From the NCBI GenBank assembly GCA_963766735.1, contig CAVYBU010000003.1, positions 64,001 to 128,000 on the forward strand: a stretch of DNA of 64,000 nucleotides, given 5' to 3'. The stretch is from an uncultured Chloroflexia bacterium. GTDB lineage: Bacteria; Chloroflexota; Limnocylindria; Limnocylindrales; CSP1-4. Made by a program: the position numbers and the translations under genes. Below the pieces are notes generated by a model. It was given only the letters and a program-made list of their open reading frames with translations, had not been told where the DNA came from and ran no database searches. Positions 9,001-16,721 of this stretch are shown here, one piece after another. Each line of letters begins with the position of its first letter. Positions within the stretch are counted from its first letter, which is position 1.

Positions 9001-11396
9001 GTCACCGCTCCCGTCCCGCCGTCGAAGACGGTCACGGTGTCACCGGGCAGCATCGCCGCGAGGTGCTGGCCGTCGCCGAAGGACGCCAGCCGGCGGATCG
9101 GGCCGTCCGCCGTGGCCACGGGATCAACGGTCGCCGGCGGCTGCGATGCTTCATAGGAACCCGGGGCATCAAGGGCCGTCGCGTCCACCGCGAACAGCTC
9201 GCCGCCATCCGTGCCGGTGTAGACCTGGAGGCCGGTTTCGTCAAAGGCGACGGCGGATGCGCCGGGCACGGACCAGCGGGCGACGAGCTTGCGCGTGGCC
9301 AGGTCGAAGGCCACGAGCTCGGATCCGGTGGCGATCCAGACCCGGTCTCCGGCCCGGTCCGCCTCGCCAAAAGGGTCCTCGCGACGAGGCTCGATGACCG
9401 CATCCCGCACGGGGACCCCGAGGTTGCTGGCGGAGCTGGCGTCGTGGCCGGCGAAGGTGACGATACCGCCGGCCATCGCGTACTTCGCGAGGTGGGGGTG
9501 GGTCCACTCGTAGATGTTGTGCGAGATCCCGTATCGCCAGGCCTGGAGGAACTCCGTGGACGTGCGGGCGTGGTAGACCTCGTCGAAGTGCATGCGCGCA
9601 GGCTCGTCCAGCCGGAAGGTCCGCAGCCCGAGGGAGGCGACCACGAGCACCACCAGGATCCAGATGTCCAGGCGACCAAGGCGACCGCCGCCCTCGCGGG
9701 CCAGATCCCCGGAACGGTCGGGGCGAATGGGCGTCTCGCGCATCCGGGCACGGATCCAGCCGATCGGGCCCAGCTCACCCCAGCCTGGACGGTCGTACCA
9801 GGCAGGCACGCGGCGCACGACAGGCGAGGACGCATCGGCTGTCGGGGGAGGTGCCCCCGAGACCGCGAGCGATGCCGGCGCGGCGGCTGCGACGGCGGCG
9901 GGTGCCGGCGGCTGCGACCCCGGGGGCTCCGTGCCAGGTGCCTGCGCCTCGAGCTCGTCCGGGGTCGGTCGCGCTCGCTCGAGCCGCCCGTCCGCAAGCT
10001 CCAGGGCGAGGGTGCCGCGCGCCCGTGAACGCAGCTGCATGACGCCCCACGCGAAGGCGGCTGCGTGCATCACCGCCACCAGCGCCACCCCTGGGAACGA
10101 GCGGATCGCCGGTCCGATGCCCAGCCAGTCCGACACGCTCGGGTTGTCCGGGTAGATCGTGGTGAGGACCACGTACATGTTGAGGAACGTCGCCAGCCCG
10201 GCCACCACGTACGCGATCCGCCATCGCCACGAGAACGCGAACAGGATCGCGGCGAGCCCGAAGAACGGGAACAGGTATCGCTCATGGACCCGCGTGGGCA
10301 CCGCGAAGAACGCCAGGGCGAGGACGCAGACGCCCACCAGGATGGTCAGCCGGTCCGGACGCCTCGCCACCACGAGCGATACGATCGCCGCCAGGCCCAG
10401 CAGGAGGACCGCACCAACCATGGCCGCCGGGACTGGCCCGAGCGCCGCCCAGGCAGTCGCATCCGGCACCGGCGCGTCATGGATCCAGAGGCCACTCGTG
10501 GCCAGGCTCGCGCCGTCCAGCGGGAACAGCGCCCACAGGTTGTAGGCGTTGACCGACACATACGAGTACTGGGCCGCGGTGCTGAACACCAGGCGCAGCA
10601 GGGACGACTCGAGGTAGGGGGCCGTCGCCGTGAAGGACACGACCGAGAGACCGAACGGTGCCGCCACCGCGATGGCGGTCACCAGGCCGGCGAACCCGGT
10701 GGTCAGGATCCGGACGGGGCCCAGGGTGCGCCGCTCCCAGGCGAGACCTCCTGGGCGTGGCGGGTCCTCGTCGCCCCAGCCTCCGGCCGGCCATAGCGCC
10801 CGGCGGATCGTGACCACAGCCACGATCGGGACCAGAATCGCCAGCTGCGGCTTGATGAGGGCCGCGACAACGGCCAGGATCGCCGATCGCTCGCTCCTGC
10901 CGCGCCACAGCTCCCGGACGGCGAGCAGCAGGAACACCGTGCCGAAGCTGTCCACCTGCCCCCAGACAACCGAATCGAACCATGTGATCGGGTTGAAGAT
11001 GACCACGGCGCCGGCGATGGTCGCCCGTCGCTCGGTCACGCCCAGCTCGCGGACCATCGAGTACACGATGTAGCCGAGCGCGATGTCCGCGAGGATCGCC
11101 GGGAGCTTGATCAGGTCCCCGATCCCGCCGATCAGGTGGCCCACGACGCCGACGACCCACAGCGCGTACAGGTAGCCCGGGGTGTAGTCCGCGAACGAGG
11201 CATTCTCGTAGAAGCCGGGGGGGCCGTATGTCGCGAGCGTGTCGGCCCAGTACCTGAACAGGTCCAGATCGTTCCCGAACCCGGAGCCCCGGAGCGGTTC
11301 GTAGGCGTATGCCATGATGAGGCGGAAGACCAGCCCGATCAGCATGATCGTGGCGATCTGCCTGCCGATACCTCGCCGGGGGGTCTCGTCCGTCAT
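6039..11396 (-). CDS. very large multi-TM GT-C fusion: N-terminal GT-C domain + PMT/GT39 protein O-mannosyltransferase with an inserted extracytoplasmic beta-rich domain
   Basis: N-term: DYTPGYLY, WGQVDS, KPQ, SVNAYNLW, RVHERY. PMT: FDEVYH, YEWTHPHLAK, FAWRLPG, QSRIAMND, SKW, YH..L...H...SPWWAWP, FQYHY. Start may instead be ATG 11414. Confidence 0.85.
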   Translation of the reverse strand: MTDETPRRGIGRQIATIMLIGLVFRLIMAYAYEPLRGSGFGNDLDLFRYWADTLATYGPPGFYENASFADYTPGYLYALWVVGVVGHLIGGIGDLIKLPAILADIALGYIVYSMVRELGVTERRATIAGAVVIFNPITWFDSVVWGQVDSFGTVFLLLAVRELWRGRSERSAILAVVAALIKPQLAILVPIVAVVTIRRALWPAGGWGDEDPPRPGGLAWERRTLGPVRILTTGFAGLVTAIAVAAPFGLSVVSFTATAPYLESSLLRLVFSTAAQYSYVSVNAYNLWALFPLDGASLATSGLWIHDAPVPDATAWAALGPVPAAMVGAVLLLGLAAIVSLVVARRPDRLTILVGVCVLALAFFAVPTRVHERYLFPFFGLAAILFAFSWRWRIAYVVAGLATFLNMYVVLTTIYPDNPSVSDWLGIGPAIRSFPGVALVAVMHAAAFAWGVMQLRSRARGTLALELADGRLERARPTPDELEAQAPGTEPPGSQPPAPAAVAAAAPASLAVSGAPPPTADASSPVVRRVPAWYDRPGWGELGPIGWIRARMRETPIRPDRSGDLAREGGGRLGRLDIWILVVLVVASLGLRTFRLDEPARMHFDEVYHARTSTEFLQAWRYGISHNIYEWTHPHLAKYAMAGGIVTFAGHDASSASNLGVPVRDAVIEPRREDPFGEADRAGDRVWIATGSELVAFDLATRKLVARWSVPGASAVAFDETGLQVYTGTDGGELFAVDATALDAPGSYEASQPPATVDPVATADGPIRRLASFGDGQHLAAMLPGDTVTVFDGGTGAVTGSLVVAGVADMAPMGDGDAVVATPIDVTDPAAVADELATITGTDAARFVGALSEVDAETVVLDITLTDQLRTDLQAAIDDGRVPGVQVAGTPLIAAAASAGVELVTVGGTRAGSIPLEGGATSSVLVTGVDEGNQLYVTTTDVGTGDPQVAVVAVSGDQAKDGPTVTTTFQLPGAGTRLVFDAAAELVEVLGTAPDGSGQTIYVVEPHGKAVFADHRLAFSSAAWVLDHNGDYPATSRGAILAFGSGGEAASVDVGSYPFAWRLPGVIFGALTVGVLFLLGRILFRRRTVGVLVGLFVLLDGMFFVQSRIAMNDVFTGFFILAAYLVFAWLWIRQRSWRAFVLLMPVVGVLLGLALSSKWVAAYAIGALGILVLIRSALGRLLLIVAMIALTCVLGWMGLAVPEGSTASGNLVFALVMIGLTLSTVVVTVYHPISWSDDEVRLAIGGPPVLGILVAFTAIALGMADAEIVAGPFVVTPLAVGFALVAVGLVAYGAFQLAARFGFGPTAPTSDRGDVRSRVPKASPPAEGWPRLGAGLGLPVVWMVVCLLAIPLGVYVASYLPWAFIEGHQIVAGWPAGNDGQTLVALTGEMYRYHNNLTAAHAASSPWWAWPLNLKPVWFYQGSFAGDTAGAIYDAGNMVIWWMSIPAMVFVAYQAFRRRSLALALILIAFLAQWVSWARIDRAAFQYHYYTSLPFAVAALAYFVAEVWHGASRRTWQLARVAAAVALMGPVILWVLRLPLCALAGVESVNAGSQACNGNPGNLVVTPSAAALVTGILVIVIVLVRLLLVLGRPAADGRTTEPRNFVSLGVAAAVGVAALVLAWLLPATDPLLSIPGLIPEVIALVVAIPLGLVALQVVTARDGRRFVAGLLAAAAVWFVILYPNISALPLPAAMVNAYQGLLPTYIYAFQFSVNTVDRAGAISFADPKLALLVVFLTIACCVVAYSAWVWRQSLADGPEDGPANGLQDGDASGDAGSPAGGSGTA

Positions 11397-11487
11397 CGTC
11401 TCCCGGCCGGGCATACCCGAACCAGAGCGGTCACGGGGAGCCTCCTACGCAGCGTTGAAGGTGGACCGGAGTATAGCCGAGGGCCCG

Positions 11488-12954
11488 GTGTCGGCCCCCC
11501 TCCCCGCCCCCGCGAACAGCCGCGCCGCGACGATCATCGTCGGGGCGCTGCTCGCGTCGGTCGCACTCCTCGTCTACTGGTGGTCCAACCCCGTCCACTC
11601 GAACCAGTACACCCACTTCGTATGGCAGGCGGACGCGTTCCTCAACGGCCGTGCGTGGTTCCCCTACCCGGTCCCGTCCGGCGCGGCGTTGCCCCAGAAC
11701 GACTACTTCCAGGACGTCTACCCGCTGCGTGACGCGGCGGGTAACCCGGACGGCCGGGCTCTGCTCCCGTTCCCGCCCCTGCCCGCGGTCGTCCTGGCGC
11801 CGTTCGTGTTCATGTTCGGGCTGGCGACGGATCAGGAGACGCTCGCGATCGGCCTCGCCGCCCTGGGCGTGGCGCTCGCGTGGTGGATGCTCGGCAGCCT
11901 GGGCCTGCGGTCCTCCGTCCGCGCCGCCGGGACGATCATCTTCGCCACCGGCACGGCCTGGTGGTGGGCAGCCGCCGCGGGCAGCACGTGGTACCTGGCG
12001 CACCTTGTCGCAGTCGACCTGGCGCTGGTTGCCGTGGGCATCGCACTCCGGAACGATCCCGGGGCCGTCACGGAGCACCCCTGGGACGAGGACGAACGGG
12101 AGGCGGGGCGCCTGGAGGCGGAGGGCCGCGCCGGGACGATCATCGACCGCATCCGCGGGTCCCTCTGGCCGCTGGATCGCTCACAGGTCCTGGCCGGCTT
12201 CGTGCTGGGCCTCGCCGTGACTGCACGCCTGCCGCTGATCTTCGCGGCGCCCTTCTTCGTGTTCACGGGCGGTGGCGGCTCCCGGCTCCGGCGCACGGTG
12301 TCGGCGGCCGTCGGCGGGTTCCCTCCGGTGGCCGCGCTGCTGCTGTTCACGTTCCTCACGACCGGCTCACCGATGCACCCCGGCTACGAGTACCAATACC
12401 AGCTGGAGGCGAACGGCTACACCACGTTCGGCTACCACCCGGACTGGTCTGTGGAGGACACGCGCTACATCCCCCAGAACCTCGGGATCATGTTCGGCTC
12501 GCTGCCGGCCGTCGCACCGGTGATCAAGCCGGACACCCTTGGCTACGACAGCCCCGTGCGGCTGTGCACGGAGCCTGGGGCCGTCCGGTCCCTGTTCGAT
12601 GCCGACTGTCCGCTGCTGATCCCGGTGGATATCGGGACGAGCATCCTGCTCAGCGCCCCTGGCCTCCTGCTGGCGCTGTTCGCGTTCCGCCGACATGCCC
12701 GTGCGCGCCTCTCGATCGGCACCGCGCTTGCGGTCGTGCTCATCGCCACGTTCAACCTGGCCCACTTCAGCCAGGGCTGGGTGCAGTGGGGCTACCGCTT
12801 CTCGCTGGACTTCGTCCCGTTCCTCCTGCCGATGGTGGCGCTGGGCGCGGCCCGCGACGACGGGCGCCTCCGGGTCGTGGCGGCCGTGCTCATCGCGGCC
12901 GGGGCGGCGATCAACCTGTGGGGCGTCGCCTGGGGCCAGATCCTTGGGTGGTAG
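11488..12954 (+). CDS. multi-pass membrane protein, probable GT-C glycosyltransferase
   Basis: about 10 hydrophobic segments; QADAFL.G, PFPPLPA, GWVQWGYRFSLD motifs typical of GT-C-like proteins; start uncertain (GTG 11461 or 11488). Confidence 0.65.
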   Translation: MSAPLPAPANSRAATIIVGALLASVALLVYWWSNPVHSNQYTHFVWQADAFLNGRAWFPYPVPSGAALPQNDYFQDVYPLRDAAGNPDGRALLPFPPLPAVVLAPFVFMFGLATDQETLAIGLAALGVALAWWMLGSLGLRSSVRAAGTIIFATGTAWWWAAAAGSTWYLAHLVAVDLALVAVGIALRNDPGAVTEHPWDEDEREAGRLEAEGRAGTIIDRIRGSLWPLDRSQVLAGFVLGLAVTARLPLIFAAPFFVFTGGGGSRLRRTVSAAVGGFPPVAALLLFTFLTTGSPMHPGYEYQYQLEANGYTTFGYHPDWSVEDTRYIPQNLGIMFGSLPAVAPVIKPDTLGYDSPVRLCTEPGAVRSLFDADCPLLIPVDIGTSILLSAPGLLLALFAFRRHARARLSIGTALAVVLIATFNLAHFSQGWVQWGYRFSLDFVPFLLPMVALGAARDDGRLRVVAAVLIAAGAAINLWGVAWGQILGW

Positions 12955-12961
12955 TGGCCGC

Positions 12962-14566
12962 GTGGCGTCGGCCGTGATCCGGCGTCGGCCCGACGCGGCC
13001 GTCCTCGCCGCCCTGGTCACGGGCATGACGGCGATCGCCGTCTACCGGACCACCCTCCTGCCTGGGCTCGGTGCCTGGGACACCGGTGAGGCCCAGGTGG
13101 TGCTGCCCGTGATGGGCACCCTGCACCCGACCGGTTCCCCCGCCTACGTCCTTCTGGGCTGGTTCGCCTCGGTCGTCCTCGGGCCGCTCGGGTCGCCGGC
13201 ATTCGTCATCAACCTCCTCTCGGCGATCCTCGCCGGCGTCGCGGTCGGCATGAGCGTCCTGGTGATGCGCCGCCTCGCCGTGCCGCTCCCGATCGCGGTC
13301 GCGGTCGCGGTCGGTTTCGCGCTCACGCCCATCGTCTGGAGGATCGGCTCCGCTGCCGATGCCCACGCCCTGCACCTGGCGTTGGTCGTCGCCGTCACGC
13401 TGTCGCTTCTCCGGTGGGGCGCCCTCGTGGCAGAGCGCCGCAGCCGTCCCGACGACCCGGCCGCGCGGGCCCGCGCGGATCGCGCCATCGTGCTCACGGC
13501 CGTCGTCTTTGGCGTCGCTGTTGCCAACCACGCCCTGTCGCTGCTGCTGGTGCCCGCCGTGGGCCTGTACGTGCTGGCGGTGGAGCCGGGGATCCTGCAC
13601 AGGCCGCGGCTGGTGCTGGCCGCATTGGGTTCCTTCGCCGGCACGACCGCCCTGCTGTACCTGGAGATGCCGCTCCGCGGCGGACCGTTCCGCGCCCCGC
13701 TCGTCTACGGTCATCCCGAGACGTGGGACGGCTTCTGGGGGATCGTCCTGGCCCGCCAGTTCCTGGGCGACGTGGTCGAGCCGCGGCCGGACCTCGGGGG
13801 AGAGGTGGCCCGCCTTGTCGGGCAGGCGGGCCCGCTGCTTGGCCCGCTGCTCATCCTGGTCGCTGCAGGGCTCGTGGTGACCGCCGTCCGCCAGCCGCGT
13901 TACGCCCTCTTCTCCGTGACGGCCACCCTGGTCACGTGCGTGTTCGCGGCCTTCTACGCCAACGCCGCCATCGAGCGCTACTACCTGGGGCCGGCGTTCT
14001 TCGCCTGGACGTGGGTGGCGGTGCTGGCCGCGGCGGTGGCGGCCCGGCTGGCCGCGCTGCGCGGGCCGGACGGGGAGCCGGGGGAGGATGACGTAGCCGG
14101 GCCCCTGTTCAGGCATGCCCCGAGAGTCTCCGCGTCAGCGGCCGTTGCGACGATGATCGGTCTTGTGCTGCTGGTGCCCACGCTCCTCGACCTCGATGCC
14201 CGGTGGGGCGCCGCGGACCGCTCGCGGGAGGTCTGGGCGGCCGACTGGCTCGACCAGGTGTTCGACTCGGTGGCGCCCGGTGCCGTGATCGTGTCATGGT
14301 GGTCGTACTCCACGCCCCTGTGGTATGGCCAGCTCGTGGAGGGCCGGCGGCGCGACATCCTCGTCGTGGACGATCGGACGCGCGAGGACGAGGAGATGGG
14401 CGAGGTGGAAGACGTCATCGACAGGTTCCTGGGAGCGCGACCCGTGTACGTCATCCGCGCGCAAGGATCGAGCGTCAAGCTTCTCGCAGAGCAATACGCG
14501 ATCGAGGCCGTCGATCGTCCGGACAACCTCTTCCGTGTGACGAACCGCCTGGAGGCCCAGCCGTGA
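12962..14566 (+). CDS. DUF2723 / TMEM260-like membrane glycosyltransferase
   Basis: WDTGE and LHPTGSPAY (family DsGE / HPpGyP), ANH, YGHPETWDGF; multi-TM followed by a C-terminal soluble domain. Confidence 0.75.
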   Translation: MASAVIRRRPDAAVLAALVTGMTAIAVYRTTLLPGLGAWDTGEAQVVLPVMGTLHPTGSPAYVLLGWFASVVLGPLGSPAFVINLLSAILAGVAVGMSVLVMRRLAVPLPIAVAVAVGFALTPIVWRIGSAADAHALHLALVVAVTLSLLRWGALVAERRSRPDDPAARARADRAIVLTAVVFGVAVANHALSLLLVPAVGLYVLAVEPGILHRPRLVLAALGSFAGTTALLYLEMPLRGGPFRAPLVYGHPETWDGFWGIVLARQFLGDVVEPRPDLGGEVARLVGQAGPLLGPLLILVAAGLVVTAVRQPRYALFSVTATLVTCVFAAFYANAAIERYYLGPAFFAWTWVAVLAAAVAARLAALRGPDGEPGEDDVAGPLFRHAPRVSASAAVATMIGLVLLVPTLLDLDARWGAADRSREVWAADWLDQVFDSVAPGAVIVSWWSYSTPLWYGQLVEGRRRDILVVDDRTREDEEMGEVEDVIDRFLGARPVYVIRAQGSSVKLLAEQYAIEAVDRPDNLFRVTNRLEAQP

Positions 14567-15348
14567 CCGTACCCGACGCCGGGGCGGGGACGCCCGTCAG
14601 GGTGGCCCGCCTGTCGTACTTCTTCCCGGCCCACAACGAGGAGGCCAACCTCGAGGGGCTCGTCGAGGAGGCGCTGGACGCCCTGCCCTCGATCGCCGAG
14701 ACCTTCGAGATCATCGCCGTGAACGACGGCTCCAGGGACCGGACCCGGGAGATCGCAGACCGCCTGGCGGCCGCGCACCCGGGCGTCGTGCGTGCCATTC
14801 ACCACGATGTCAACCGCGGGTACGGCGGCGCGCTCCGATCCGGCTTCGAGGCTTCGCAGTACGAGCTCCTGGCCTTCACGGACGGGGACCGCCAGTTCCG
14901 GGTCGCGGATCTCGGCCTCCTCACGGCACGCCTCGCGCAGGAAGACCGCCCCGACGTCGTGGTCGGGTACCGGATCAGGCGCGCGGATCCCATCATCCGG
15001 ATCGTCTACGCCCGAAGCTACAAGCTGGCGAACCGCATCTTCTTCGGTCTCCGCGTCCGGGACGTCGACTGCGCCTGCAAGCTGTTCCGGCGCGAGGCCC
15101 TCGACGGCGTCCGCGTGGAGTCGGGCGGCGCGTTCTTCTCCGCGGAGCTCCTGATCAAGATCCTCAAGGCAGGCCGCTCCATCGCCGAGGTGGGCGTGCC
15201 CCATTACGCGCGCACGGCCGGCTCCCCCACCGGAGCGAAGCCGTCGGTCATCTGGCGGGCCGTGAAGGACTTCTGGGGCCTGCGCCTGCGGTTGTGGGCG
15301 AATCGAGCGCGGGCAATGCGACGGGGACGGCCGATCCTGGGTGACTGA
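14563..15348 (+). CDS. GT2 glycosyltransferase (polyprenyl-phosphate sugar / Dol-P-Man synthase-like)
   Basis: FPAHNEE, VNDGSRD, NRGYGGA, TDGD, DVDCACKLF; GTGA overlap. Confidence 0.85.
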   Translation: MTVPDAGAGTPVRVARLSYFFPAHNEEANLEGLVEEALDALPSIAETFEIIAVNDGSRDRTREIADRLAAAHPGVVRAIHHDVNRGYGGALRSGFEASQYELLAFTDGDRQFRVADLGLLTARLAQEDRPDVVVGYRIRRADPIIRIVYARSYKLANRIFFGLRVRDVDCACKLFRREALDGVRVESGGAFFSAELLIKILKAGRSIAEVGVPHYARTAGSPTGAKPSVIWRAVKDFWGLRLRLWANRARAMRRGRPILGD

Positions 15349-15364
15349 TCGGCGGCCGGCAGCG

Positions 15365-15985
15365 TCAGCGCTGCGAGCCGCCGCCCCGGGCATCGCCCTC
15401 CGGATCCAGCGAGTTCACGAACTCGCGGAAGATGTCCAGCCGCGTCATGTCGATGTGCTCGCCGGTCGTCTCGAGCGCCGCGGCAGCTGAGCGGCTCCGG
15501 CGCGTCCCGGATCCCGCCGGCGCGCCGGCCTCCTCGTCTTCCTCGTCTTCCTCGTCGTCCGCTCCGTCCGGGAGGGCCGCGGCCCTGTCCAGCACGTCGC
15601 CCGTGGCGAAGATCGGCGCGTCAAGGCGGATCGCAAGGGCGATCGCATCCGACGGTCGTGCGTCCACCTCGTGACGGGCATCGGCGGTCACCAGGAGCAG
15701 CGTGGCGTGGAAGGTCTCCTCGGACAGGCTGACGATCATGACCCGGTCGAGGCGCACGCCCGTCTCGCGCAGGACGCCGGCGAACAGGTCGTGGGTCAGG
15801 GGGCGTTCCGGCTCCACGCCCTGGAGATGCGCCGCGATCGCGCTGGCCTCCCAGGGGCCGATCCAGATGGGAAGGATCCGGCCGAGGCCGATCTCCTTGA
15901 GCAGCAGGACGTGGCGCCCTGTCGGCATGTGCACGCGCACGCTCTCGACGATCATGGCGATGTCCTGCTCTCGGTCCTCTGCCAT
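15365..15985 (-). CDS. bifunctional nuclease family protein (DUF151)
   Basis: LPIWIG..EA, RPLTHDL, DARPSDAIALA, C-terminal FREFVNSLD. Confidence 0.9.
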   Translation of the reverse strand: MAEDREQDIAMIVESVRVHMPTGRHVLLLKEIGLGRILPIWIGPWEASAIAAHLQGVEPERPLTHDLFAGVLRETGVRLDRVMIVSLSEETFHATLLLVTADARHEVDARPSDAIALAIRLDAPIFATGDVLDRAAALPDGADDEEDEEDEEAGAPAGSGTRRSRSAAAALETTGEHIDMTRLDIFREFVNSLDPEGDARGGGSQR

Positions 15986-15992
15986 GGGGGGA

Positions 15993-16691
15993 TTATCCCA
16001 CGCGGGCGCCACGCAGCCGGAACGGCAGGGCCAGCAGCGCGCCGGCGACGAAGCCGCCGATGTGGGCGAAGAACGCCACGCCGCCGTCCACGCCCGTTGT
16101 CGCCCCCAGCGCGCCGATCCCGTCCACCACCTGGAGCAGGAACCAGAAGCCGAGGACGATCACTGCCGGCACCGCGACCAGCTGGTAGAAGAAGCCCAGG
16201 AAGACGAGTGACTGGATCCGCGCCCGCGGGAACAGCACGAGGTAGGCGCCGAGCACCGCGGAGATGGCCCCCGACGCGCCGATCATCGGGACCTCGGACG
16301 CGGGGTCCACCAGGACCTGTGCGATGGCGGCGACCACCCCGCCCGCGAGGTACACGAGCAGGAACCTGGCGTGGCCCATCCGGCCTTCCACGTTGATCCC
16401 GAAGATCCAGAGGAAGAGCAGGTTCCCCAACAGGTGCAGCCACCCGGCGTGGAGGAACATGCCGGTGAACACGTCCAGCACGGGCTCGGACAGGATGTCG
16501 CCGCTGCCGAGCACGGCCACGAGATCCGCCGGCACAGAGCCGTGCTCCCGGAAGAGCTCCTCCAGGGCGGCGGCACCGCCCTGCGCCATCACCACCAGCT
16601 CCAGCCCGAACGCGGCGACGCAGATCACGACGATCGCCAGCGTGACGACGGGCGCGCGACGGGTGGGGTTGGCGTCCCGGAGGGGGATCAC
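15993..16691 (-). CDS. rhomboid intramembrane serine protease
   Basis: MIPLRD, FLHAGWLHLLGN, GASG (catalytic Ser), AHIGG (catalytic His). Confidence 0.92.
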   Translation of the reverse strand: MIPLRDANPTRRAPVVTLAIVVICVAAFGLELVVMAQGGAAALEELFREHGSVPADLVAVLGSGDILSEPVLDVFTGMFLHAGWLHLLGNLLFLWIFGINVEGRMGHARFLLVYLAGGVVAAIAQVLVDPASEVPMIGASGAISAVLGAYLVLFPRARIQSLVFLGFFYQLVAVPAVIVLGFWFLLQVVDGIGALGATTGVDGGVAFFAHIGGFVAGALLALPFRLRGARVG

Positions 16692-16721
16692 CGGAGCGGC
16701 ATCAGCGGCGGACGCCCCGGA

